A DNA stretch of 64,000 nucleotides from Nevskia sp. (GTDB lineage Bacteria > Pseudomonadota > Gammaproteobacteria > Nevskiales > Nevskiaceae), in NCBI RefSeq assembly GCF_023266035.1, contig NZ_JAHFRY010000005.1:249-64248 (forward strand), in the 5' to 3' direction. Made by a program: the position numbers and the translations under genes. How positions within the stretch are numbered: the stretch's first letter is position 1; each line of letters begins with the position of its first letter. Below, piece by piece: positions 12,656-20,285 of the stretch. Under the pieces are notes generated by a model that was not told the DNA's origin, made no database searches, and was given only the letters and a program-made list of their open reading frames with translations.

Positions 12656-13708
12656 ATGATCGACAACCCGTACTACTCGCAGGCCGTGCACGGCCCGTAT
12701 GAAAGCTTCGACCTCGGCAATTTTGTGCTCGAGGACGGCGGTACTATCCGCGGCTGCCAACTGGCTTATGCGACCTTCGGAACCCTGAATGCGGCCAAGG
12801 ACAACGCGATCCTGATCACGACCTGGTTTTCGGGTACCTCGAAGATCATGGAGCAGGTCTACACCGGCGCCGGCCGGGCGATCGATCCGGCGAAGTACTT
12901 CATCGTCATCGTCAACCAGATCGGCAACGGCCTGTCATCGTCCCCGCACAACACGCCGTTCCCGGCCGGCATGGCCAACTTTCCGAAGGTGCGGATCGGC
13001 GATGACGTGCGCGCCCAGCACCAGCTGCTGACCGAGAAGTTCGGCCTCACCGAACTGGCACTGGTCACCGGCGGATCGATGGGCGCCCAGCAGACCTACG
13101 AATGGGCGGTGCGCTATCCGGACATGGTCAAGCGCGCGGCGCCCTTGGCCGGCACCGCGAAGAACACCATCCACGACCAGCTGTTCGCCGACACCTTGTG
13201 TGAGGCGATCACCTCTGATCCCGGCTACAACAACGGCTGGTACAGCTCGCACATGGATGTTCGCGCCGGCCTGCGCCGCCACGCGAAGCTCTGGGGCCTG
13301 ATGGGCTGGAGCACCGAGTTCTACGCCCAGGGCCGCATGGCCGCGATCGGTTTCTCGTCGCTTGACGATTTCGTCACCAACTTCATGAACGGCTTCTTCG
13401 GCGTCATGGACCCGAACGCGCTGCTGGCGATGGCCTGGAAGTGGCGCAACGGCGATGTCAGCCGTCACACCGGCGGTGATCTGGCGGCGGCACTCGGGCG
13501 GATCAAGGCGAAAACCTTCGTCATGCCGATCAGCAGCGACATGTTCTTCCCACCGGTCGATTGCGAACGCGAAGCGAAGCTGATTCCGGGGGCGGAATTC
13601 CGGCCGATCCAGTCGATCGACGGTCATCTGGCCTTGTTCGGGGCGGACCCCGGCTACATCCCGCAGCTCGACAAGAATCTCGCCGAGCTGCTCGCGACGC
13701 CGGTCTGA
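12656..13708 (+). CDS. MetX-like alpha/beta hydrolase (homoserine O-acetyltransferase family)
   Basis: 350 aa. The N-terminal pattern FVLEDGGTIRGCQLAYATFGTLNAAKDNAIL, the nucleophile elbow GGSMGAQQ and YPDMV follow the MetX-family layout, but the protein is shorter and divergent. Confidence 0.7.
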   Translation: MIDNPYYSQAVHGPYESFDLGNFVLEDGGTIRGCQLAYATFGTLNAAKDNAILITTWFSGTSKIMEQVYTGAGRAIDPAKYFIVIVNQIGNGLSSSPHNTPFPAGMANFPKVRIGDDVRAQHQLLTEKFGLTELALVTGGSMGAQQTYEWAVRYPDMVKRAAPLAGTAKNTIHDQLFADTLCEAITSDPGYNNGWYSSHMDVRAGLRRHAKLWGLMGWSTEFYAQGRMAAIGFSSLDDFVTNFMNGFFGVMDPNALLAMAWKWRNGDVSRHTGGDLAAALGRIKAKTFVMPISSDMFFPPVDCEREAKLIPGAEFRPIQSIDGHLALFGADPGYIPQLDKNLAELLATPV

Positions 13709-13727
13709 TCCGGCTTGCGAATCGGCC

Positions 13728-14828
13728 CTAGCCGCCGTCCGGCAGGATCGCCAGCAGCTTGGCGAGCCGAAGCTGGAGGGCGGCAGCGTCCGGGGCGGTC
13801 ACTGTCGCGTGACCGATCTTGCGCTGCGGCTTCGGCATCTTGCCGTACAGGTGCGTGTGCACGCCTTCCAAGGCGCTCGCCGCTTCCAGCTCAGGCGCGA
13901 GGCCGATGTAGTTGACCATCACCGAGGCGCCACGCAGCGCGGTGGAACCGAGCGGCAGGCCGGCGATCGCGCGCAGATGGTTTTCGAACTGCGAGGTTTC
14001 CGCGCCTTCGATGGTCCAGTGCCCGGAGTTGTGCACTCGGGGCGCGATCTCGTTGGCGATCAACTTGCCGCCGGCGACGAAGAACTCGAAAGCCATCACG
14101 CCGATATAGCCGAGATGCTCGGCGACGCGGCGCGCGTAGTCCTCACCCTGCGCTTGCAGCGGATCGTTCACGGTCGGCGTGGCGGTACGCAGGATGCCGG
14201 CACGGTGGACGTTCTCGACCAGCGGATAGAAGGCCATCTGGCCATCCTGTGCGCGGACCGCGAGGCAGGACAGCTCGCGCTCGAACGGCACGAAGGCTTC
14301 CAGGATCAAGGGCTGGCTGCCGATCGCGGCCCAGGCGGCATCGAGATCAGTCGATATGCGCAGCACCGCCTGGCCCTTGCCGTCATAGCCCATGCGCCGC
14401 GTCTTCAGCACTGCCGGCAAGCCGGTGATGGCCACGGCGCGATCGAGATCGGCGCGGGAATCCACCGCGGCGTGCGTCGGCACTGGAATGCCCAGCGACA
14501 CGAACAGCGCTTTCTCCGATAGTCGATCCTGGCCGGCGGTCAGCGCTCGCGGCGCCGGATGCAGCGGCACGCGGGCGGCGACGAATTCGGCGGCCGCGTT
14601 CGGCACGTTCTCGAATTCGTAGGTCGCGATGTCGACCCGCGAGCAGAACTCGGCGAGCGCGGCTTCGTCGCTGTAGTCGGCGTGGATGTGCTCACCCAGC
14701 GGCGCGGCACAGGCTTCCGATGCGGGATCGAGAAACACGAAATCGACATCGAGTGGATAGCCGGCCAGCGCCAGCATGCGGCCAAGCTGGCCGGCGCCGA
14801 GGACGCCGATCTTCATTCCCGTTTTCAT
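13728..14828 (-). CDS. purK: N5-carboxyaminoimidazole ribonucleotide synthase
   Basis: 366 aa. GAGQLGRMLALAG and an ATP-grasp core. Immediately downstream of purE. Confidence 0.92.
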   Translation of the reverse strand: MKTGMKIGVLGAGQLGRMLALAGYPLDVDFVFLDPASEACAAPLGEHIHADYSDEAALAEFCSRVDIATYEFENVPNAAAEFVAARVPLHPAPRALTAGQDRLSEKALFVSLGIPVPTHAAVDSRADLDRAVAITGLPAVLKTRRMGYDGKGQAVLRISTDLDAAWAAIGSQPLILEAFVPFERELSCLAVRAQDGQMAFYPLVENVHRAGILRTATPTVNDPLQAQGEDYARRVAEHLGYIGVMAFEFFVAGGKLIANEIAPRVHNSGHWTIEGAETSQFENHLRAIAGLPLGSTALRGASVMVNYIGLAPELEAASALEGVHTHLYGKMPKPQRKIGHATVTAPDAAALQLRLAKLLAILPDGG

Positions 14829-14845
14829 CGGAGCGTGGTCGCGGA

Positions 14846-15358
14846 TCAGGGCAGCGGCAGTGCGCCGTCGTTCAGCACTTTCGCAGTCTGGGCGGCGCGG
14901 AAGGCGTCGAGCTTGGCGGCCAGCACCGGATCAGCCGTCGCCAGAATCGCGCAGGCCAGCAGCGCGGCATTGGTCGCACCGGCAGCGCCGATCGCCAAGG
15001 TGGCGACCGGAATACCCGCAGGCATCTGCACGATCGACAGCAGCGAATCGACCCCCGACAGCATCCGCGACTGCACCGGCACACCGAGCACCGGCAGGCG
15101 CGTCTTCGAGGCCGCCATGCCCGGCAAATGAGCGGCGCCACCAGCGCCGGCGATGATCACCTTCAAGCCGCGGGCAGCGGCGTTGCCGGCGTAGTCGAAC
15201 AGCAGATCCGGCGTGCGATGCGCGGAAACCACGCGGGTTTCGTAGGGCACGCCGAGCTCGCCGAGCATGCGCGCCGCGTGTTCCATCGTCTCCCAGTCGG
15301 AGCGGGACCCCATGATGACGCCCACCAGTGGCGAGGGCTTAGGCGCAGGTTCGGACAC
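14846..15358 (-). CDS. purE: N5-carboxyaminoimidazole ribonucleotide mutase
   Basis: 170 aa. [21 protein letters not shown] and [10 protein letters not shown]. Confidence 0.95.
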   Translation of the reverse strand: MSEPAPKPSPLVGVIMGSRSDWETMEHAARMLGELGVPYETRVVSAHRTPDLLFDYAGNAAARGLKVIIAGAGGAAHLPGMAASKTRLPVLGVPVQSRMLSGVDSLLSIVQMPAGIPVATLAIGAAGATNAALLACAILATADPVLAAKLDAFRAAQTAKVLNDGALPLP

Positions 15359-15405
15359 GTTGCGGGAATTCCGGTGACGGCTAGTGCTAGGGGGCGGCGA
15401 TTATT

Positions 15406-15442
15406 TCACCGGCGCGGGCAAACCGCACCTTGTCGCCGGTGA
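15406..15442 (-). terminator. Hairpin downstream of the SIMPL gene (9-bp perfect stem)
   Basis: tcaccggcg (15406-15414) pairs with cgccggtga (15434-15442). It begins 19 nt after the stop of the 15461-16207 gene, read on the minus strand. Confidence 0.4.
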
Positions 15443-15460
15443 GAGACGATCGCGCTGGAA

Positions 15461-16207
15461 TCAGGGCGCGATGAGGTCGAAATCGGCGTTGACGCTGGCG
15501 TTGTAGCGAATCTGCCCGGCTGAGAAGCCGAGTGCTTCGTTGCCGGACTCCGGCGCTGCATCGGCAGCGGCCATCACCGAGAAGCGGGCCTTCTGCGCCA
15601 TCGGCGCCGGCACGAACTCGGCATTGGCATTCAGCGTGTGCACGGCGCCGAGTTTCACGCCCAGCGCATCGGCCAGTACCTTGGCCTTGGCGCGCGCGTC
15701 TTCGGCCGCCTTGGCCAGCGCTTCGCGGGTCAGCGCTTCGGCTTTCGACGATTCCAGCTGCGGGTCCGACACGTTGTTGATGCCGGCAGTCGTCGCTTTC
15801 AGCAGCACGTCGCCGATCTTGTCGAGATCACGCACGACGATCTCGATGCCGCGCGTCAGCTGGTAACCGAGAAACTTGCGCCCGCCCTTAGGCAAGCTGT
15901 AGTCGTACTGCGGCTGGATGCTCAGGCCGGCAGTCGAAATGTCGGCATCGGCGATGCCCAGCGCCTTCACCTGCGCCAGATAGTCGCGAACGATGCGGCT
16001 GACCTGATCCTGCGCGGCGCGCAGATCGAGCTTGGTGGTTTCAACCTGCATCGAGATGCGGGCGCGATCCGGCGTGGCGGTCACTTCACCGCGACCGCTG
16101 ACATTGACCGAGCGACGGTCCGGCAAGGTATCGGCGGACACGGGCAGCGAGGTGGCGACGAGAAAGACACAGCTCAACAGGGCCGCGGAAGCAGTAATGG
16201 GGCGCAT
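15461..16207 (-). CDS. Periplasmic SIMPL/DUF541 family protein
   Basis: 248 aa with a signal peptide. VSGRGEVTATPDRARISMQVET followed by an alpha-rich middle part and a C-terminal beta region, typical of the 26-kDa periplasmic immunogenic protein family. Confidence 0.8.
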   Translation of the reverse strand: MRPITASAALLSCVFLVATSLPVSADTLPDRRSVNVSGRGEVTATPDRARISMQVETTKLDLRAAQDQVSRIVRDYLAQVKALGIADADISTAGLSIQPQYDYSLPKGGRKFLGYQLTRGIEIVVRDLDKIGDVLLKATTAGINNVSDPQLESSKAEALTREALAKAAEDARAKAKVLADALGVKLGAVHTLNANAEFVPAPMAQKARFSVMAAADAAPESGNEALGFSAGQIRYNASVNADFDLIAP

Positions 16208-16395
16208 GGCAGTTCGGGCAGTCTTCGGAACGAGCCCGGATGCTGCAACGCCCGGCCGCGAACGGCAAGCGCGGCTTTGCTTTCGAGCTCAGGCCAAGTT
16301 CACGAATCCCCGGCGTTCGGAGACAAGGGCTAAACTTGATGGGATACGCCCGGATGTCCGGCGTGCCTGCGTTTGATTCCGAGCCTGAGCTGCCC

Positions 16396-16944
16396 ATGTC
16401 GTACATGCACCAAACCGTGATCCTGAGCCGAGAAGTGATCGGCGTGCTGATTCCCGCCGGCACGCGGGTCGAGCTGCCCGAGGGCGCGGATGCCACGATC
16501 ACCCAGGCGTTGGGCGGCAGCTATACGGTCGAGGTGCAGGGCCATCTGTTCCGCATCGATGGCAAGGATGCCGATGCGCTCGGTTTCGAGCCTACCGGCG
16601 ACATCGTTCTTGCAGCCGATGCCAGCGAAGAGGAAGTGACCGCCGCCGTGCGCAAGCAGCTGGAAACGGTCTACGACCCGGAAATCCCGATCAACATCGT
16701 CGAGCTCGGCCTGGTCTACGACTGCCGTCTCGAACCGGCCGCCGACGAGGGCTGGAAGCTGCACGTGGTGATGACCTTGACCGCGCCCGGCTGCGGCATG
16801 GGCGATGTGCTGGTCAACGACGTCAAGACCAAGGCGCTGCAAGTGCCGATGGTGCGCGAGGCGGACGTCGAGCTGACCTTTGATCCACCGTGGACGCAAG
16901 ACATGATGAGCGACGCGGCCAAGCTGCAGGCGGGCTTCCTGTGA
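16396..16944 (+). CDS. sufT: SufT-like Fe-S assembly protein (N-terminal domain plus DUF59)
   Basis: Start taken at ATG 16396 (MSYMHQTVILSREVIGVLIPAG). C-terminal DUF59 motif VYDPEIPINIVELGLVY and LTAPGCGMG. The upstream part of the 16240 ORF is not conserved-looking. Confidence 0.7.
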   Translation: MSYMHQTVILSREVIGVLIPAGTRVELPEGADATITQALGGSYTVEVQGHLFRIDGKDADALGFEPTGDIVLAADASEEEVTAAVRKQLETVYDPEIPINIVELGLVYDCRLEPAADEGWKLHVVMTLTAPGCGMGDVLVNDVKTKALQVPMVREADVELTFDPPWTQDMMSDAAKLQAGFL

Positions 16945-17324
16945 CCGACACCCTGACCCGCGGCGTACGCGTGATCGTGGCGCCCCGCTATGTGCCGGAG
17001 CAGTCCGAGCCCTCGCGTTCGCACTACCTGTTCAGCTATCAGGTGACGATCCGCAACGATGGCGACGAGACCGTGCAGCTGCTGTCACGGCACTGGATCA
17101 TCACCAACGGCGAAGGCAAGACCGAGGAAGTGCGCGGCCCGGGCGTGATCGGCTTTCAGCCCAAGCTCGAACCCGGTGAGCAGTTCCAGTACACCAGCGG
17201 CTGCCCGCTGACCACGCCGGTCGGCACCATGCATGGCAGCTACCAGATGGTCACTGATGGTGGCGACAACTTCGATGCGCTGATCGAGCCGTTCCGGCTC
17301 GCAGTGCCGCGCGTTCTCAACTGA
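16941..17324 (+). CDS. apaG: ApaG (DUF525) protein
   Basis: GTG 16941 overlaps the preceding stop (GTGA). VIVAPRYVPEQSEPSRSHYLFSYQVTIRN, HWIITNGEG and VRGPGVIGFQP are ApaG hallmarks. Confidence 0.85.
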   Translation: MTDTLTRGVRVIVAPRYVPEQSEPSRSHYLFSYQVTIRNDGDETVQLLSRHWIITNGEGKTEEVRGPGVIGFQPKLEPGEQFQYTSGCPLTTPVGTMHGSYQMVTDGGDNFDALIEPFRLAVPRVLN

Positions 17325-17336
17325 CGCGAACGCGCT

Positions 17337-17654
17337 TCAGCGAACCGAACCGGTGATGCTCGGGTCCATGCGGCGCAGCGCATCCAGCGGATTGGTCTCG
17401 CCGGTCTGCCTCAGTTCCTCGGCGCTGTAGCTGCGCCCGGCAACACCAAGGCAGTCACGCTTCTTCGATTTGATCCGGGTGCCGGTATCGCGCACGCAAT
17501 TCGGCTGACGGGTTTCGGCGTCGCCGTCGTTCCTGGCGGGAGTTGAATCGGTCGGGATCGACGGGCTTGCCGGTTCAGCCGCAAACGCTCCGGCAAGCAT
17601 CAGTGTGCTGAGCGCAAGGCTGGCCAGCAGCTGGCGGCCAAGGATTCTGTTCAT
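17337..17654 (-). CDS. Small secreted hypothetical protein (two Cys, TonB-dependent-receptor-plug-like tail)
   Basis: ATG 17654 is preceded by a strong GGAGGAG Shine-Dalgarno 7 nt upstream. Signal peptide MNRILGRQLLASLALSTLMLAGAFAAEP. The mature part is about 80 aa. Confidence 0.55.
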   Translation of the reverse strand: MNRILGRQLLASLALSTLMLAGAFAAEPASPSIPTDSTPARNDGDAETRQPNCVRDTGTRIKSKKRDCLGVAGRSYSAEELRQTGETNPLDALRRMDPSITGSVR

Positions 17655-17784
17655 CGCGGGGTTCTCCTCCGTCATGGCCGCATCGAAGATGATGCGGACA
17701 ACACGATTAAGACCGTCAGCGAGAGCCGGCCGTTCCCACAGTTAAATCCCCAGGCTCTGTGCTCGGAGCTTGGGGATCTAGTAC

Positions 17785-18435
17785 TTACTTGCGGCTTTTG
17801 CGGATCTTGTCGATCAGGAAATCGACGGTCTTCGCAGCGGTCGGCGAACCCGGAACCGCGTAGGTACCACCGACGATCAGGATCGGCACGCTGCGGATCA
17901 CGTAGGTGCGAGCCAGCGCTTCGCCGCGGCGCATGCCGGAATCGACGACGAAACTGGCGGCGATGCCATCGAAATCAGTCGGCTTGATGCCGGCGACGGC
18001 TACGTACAGCTCGCGGATCGCTTCCAGCGACGCCATCTGCTGGTGTTGCTCGTGAATCGCTGCGAATAGCGGCTTGTGGGTCTTGTCGAGAATGCCGAGC
18101 GTCTGGGCGATGTAGAACGCGCGAGCATGCACTTCGCCTTCCGGACGTCCCAGCGTGTTCGGCACGCGGATGAAATCGACATCGGCCGGCTTGGTCTTCA
18201 GCCAGGCTTCGATGGTTGGTTCCAGCGCGAAGCAATGCGGGCAGCCGTACCAGAAGAACTCCTCCACCGTGATCCGCTTCGAATCTGCCGGCTTCTGAGG
18301 CGACGGCACTTCGGTGTAGTCCCTGCCCAGCTGGAAATCACCGGACGGAGTGCTGTCAGCGGCGCTGCAGGCAACGCTGAACAAGGTAAGCGTGGCCAGC
18401 AGGCCGCCAGCGAGGAAGTTCTTGAGGGTACGCAT
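17785..18435 (-). CDS. dsbA: Thiol:disulfide interchange protein DsbA
   Basis: 216 aa, signal peptide, and the WYGCPHCFALEP active site. Confidence 0.9.
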   Translation of the reverse strand: MRTLKNFLAGGLLATLTLFSVACSAADSTPSGDFQLGRDYTEVPSPQKPADSKRITVEEFFWYGCPHCFALEPTIEAWLKTKPADVDFIRVPNTLGRPEGEVHARAFYIAQTLGILDKTHKPLFAAIHEQHQQMASLEAIRELYVAVAGIKPTDFDGIAASFVVDSGMRRGEALARTYVIRSVPILIVGGTYAVPGSPTAAKTVDFLIDKIRKSRK

Positions 18436-18453
18436 GAGGCTCCTTGGGTGGCC

Positions 18454-19083
18454 TTATTGCAGGCCTGACAGGTAGGAAGACAGCGCGTCGATCTCGGCAT
18501 CGGTCAGATGCTTCGCAACGGCGGCCATCATCAGACCATTGCCTTCCTTGCCGCGTTCCCCGGCGCGATAAGCGCGCAACTGGGTCGCCACGTAGCCGCT
18601 GTTCTGGCCGCCGATATGCGGATAGGCCGCTGCCGGATTGCCCGCGCCCGTCGGGCCGTGGCAGGCCGAGCAGGCCGCCAGGCCGCGTGCAGCATCACCC
18701 GCGCGATACAGCTTCTGGGCAACCGGCACCGAGGCTTCGCTGGCGACGCCCGGCACGGCGGGCTGGGCAGCGAAGTAAGCGGACAGATCGGCCATGTCCT
18801 GATCCGACAGCGCTGCCGCCTGGCCAGCCATCACCGGGTTGGCACGCTTGCCGCCCTTGAAGGCGACGAGCTGGTTGTGAACGTACTTCGAACCCTGGGC
18901 GGCGAGCTTCGGCCACTCCGGATTGACACCACCGTTGCCACCGGCGCCGTGGCAGGCACCGCAGACAGCAGCCTTGGTCGCGCCGGCGGCAGCATCGCCC
19001 TTGACGAACGGATCCTGGGCGGCGCCTTCAGCAAACGCGGCGACAGGGACGCACAGTGCGAGGGCGAGCAGTACACGCTTCAT
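18454..19083 (-). CDS. Dihaem cytochrome c4
   Basis: Start taken at ATG 19083 (MKRVLLALALCVPVAAFA signal peptide). Two CxxCH sites (CGACHG, CSACHG), each with a distal Met. Conserved cc4-engB divergent arrangement. Confidence 0.9.
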   Translation of the reverse strand: MKRVLLALALCVPVAAFAEGAAQDPFVKGDAAAGATKAAVCGACHGAGGNGGVNPEWPKLAAQGSKYVHNQLVAFKGGKRANPVMAGQAAALSDQDMADLSAYFAAQPAVPGVASEASVPVAQKLYRAGDAARGLAACSACHGPTGAGNPAAAYPHIGGQNSGYVATQLRAYRAGERGKEGNGLMMAAVAKHLTDAEIDALSSYLSGLQ

Positions 19084-19142
19084 GAAACACTCCGGCAGGC
19101 AAAGGCGCGTGGTGCAGGCCGCACTACGCGCATAATGATCAA

Positions 19143-19859
19143 TTGGAACGCGAATCTTACACGATGACCCCCGGTACAACGAAAGCAATAAGGAAAGCGG
19201 CGAGTAAAGAGCCGGCCCCGACCCCGCCGCCGAATATCTACGCCCGGGCGAGGTTCCGGATGTCCGCTGCCCAGCTGAGCCAGCTGCCGACGGACGGCTG
19301 GCCGGAAGCGGCGCTGGTAGGCCGCTCGAACGCCGGCAAGTCGAGTGCGATGAACGTCATCTGCCAGCAGCATGGACTGGCGCGCGTGTCGAAAACGCCG
19401 GGTCGCACCCAGCTGATCAATCTGTTCGACATCGAGGATCGCGCCCGCCTCATCGATCTGCCCGGCTACGGCTTCGCCCAGGTGCCGATCGCAGTCCGCA
19501 ATGCCTGGGGCCAGCTGGTGGGCTGTTATGTCGAGAAGCGCGACGTGCTGAAAGGCATCATCGTGGTCATGGACATACGCCATCCGCTGACCGAGCTGGA
19601 CGTGCAGATGCTCGAATGGTGTCGCGATCGCCTGCTCAATGCCCACGTGCTGCTGACCAAGGCCGACAAGCTCAGCTACGGCGCCGCCAAGAACACCATG
19701 CTGAAAGTGCAGCGCGAGTTGAAGGACTTCGATCCCAACATGACCACGCAGATGTTTTCGGCGACCGCCAAGACTGGCGTTGACGAAGCGCGTGCACGGC
19801 TCGATGACTGGCTGGGGTTCGCAGCGCCTGTTTCGGAGCCGGTCGACGAAGCCGAATGA
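19143..19859 (+). CDS. engB: Ribosome biogenesis GTPase EngB/YihA
   Basis: G1 GRSNAGKSS, G3 DLPGYG and G4 TKADK. The start could equally be ATG 19164. Confidence 0.9.
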   Translation: MERESYTMTPGTTKAIRKAASKEPAPTPPPNIYARARFRMSAAQLSQLPTDGWPEAALVGRSNAGKSSAMNVICQQHGLARVSKTPGRTQLINLFDIEDRARLIDLPGYGFAQVPIAVRNAWGQLVGCYVEKRDVLKGIIVVMDIRHPLTELDVQMLEWCRDRLLNAHVLLTKADKLSYGAAKNTMLKVQRELKDFDPNMTTQMFSATAKTGVDEARARLDDWLGFAAPVSEPVDEAE

Positions 19860-19946
19860 CACCCGGGCAATTACAACCAGCCTGAACGGATTGGCAGCTT
19901 TGCCTGCGCTCGATTAGCATCGGGCACTGGCCGCTGATCGCCGGGC

Positions 19947-19982
19947 AAAAAAATGCCCGGTGGATCGGGGGAATCCACCGGG
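19947..19982 (-). terminator. Intrinsic terminator (10-bp GC-rich stem followed by CAUUUUUUU)
   Basis: CCCGGTGGAT (19956-19965) pairs with ATCCACCGGG (19973-19982). The A7 run at 19947-19953 on the plus strand is a U7 run after the stem on the minus strand. Confidence 0.8.
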
Positions 19983-20063
19983 CAACGATTTCCGGCTTGG
20001 GGGAGCCGGAGGGGCATCCGCCCAGGGAGTGGGGGCGGAGAATGGGAAGGGAGTCACCATTCG
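19947..20063 (-). ncRNA. Candidate sRNA downstream of polA (positional equivalent of Spot 42 / ErsA / sX13) with four C-rich hairpin loops
   Basis: On the minus strand there are four stems. GAAUGG/CCAUUC (20062-20040), UCCGCCC/GGGCGGA (20039-20017) and CCGGCU/AGCCGG (20009-19992) precede a 10-bp terminator stem (19982-19956). The loops read UGACUCCCUUC, CCACUCCCU, CCCCCA and UCCCCCG. It is bounded by a sigma-E-like promoter and a U7 terminator. The 5' end is an estimate. Confidence 0.65.
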
Positions 20064-20068
20064 CAATA

Positions 20069-20095
20069 TCAGACTGGGGCCCGTGGAATTAGTTC
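20069..20095 (-). promoter_or_regulatory. ECF sigma-E/AlgU-type promoter candidate: GAACTA-N16-TCTGA
   Basis: The minus strand reads GAACTA (20095-20090), a 16-nt spacer, then TCTGA (20073-20069). The AlgU/RpoE consensus is GAACTT-N16/17-TCTGA. The first sRNA hairpin starts 6 nt downstream. Confidence 0.5.
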
Positions 20096-20130
20096 GGCGG
20101 GAGTTGCGAAAAAATTCGGCGAAAGTCGAA

Positions 20131-20173
20131 AATTCTTTCAAAAAGATCGCAAGTGGCGGATTTTGAAAGAATT
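20131..20173. repeat. Perfect 13-bp inverted repeat AATTCTTTCAAAA / TTTTGAAAGAATT with 17-nt spacer in an AT-rich tract
   Basis: Read directly from the sequence. Arms are at 20131-20143 and 20161-20173, embedded in a tract of about 95 nt that is far more AT-rich than the rest of the window. Confidence 0.9.
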
Positions 20174-20225
20174 GTTTTTCGAAGTATTTTCGGAATTTTG
20201 GGGTTGTGGCGCTGCAAAGCTGTGA

Positions 20226-20253
20226 AAGGCCGGTCCCGGGGGGGGCCGGCCTT
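20226..20253. terminator. GC-rich hairpin 33 nt downstream of the polA stop
   Basis: aaggccgg (20226-20233) pairs with ccggcctt (20246-20253), with further C/G pairs inside. There is no clean U-run on the polA strand. Confidence 0.5.
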
Positions 20254-20285
20254 GTCGTTTCTGACGTCCCCAGCCCGGTAAAAAC

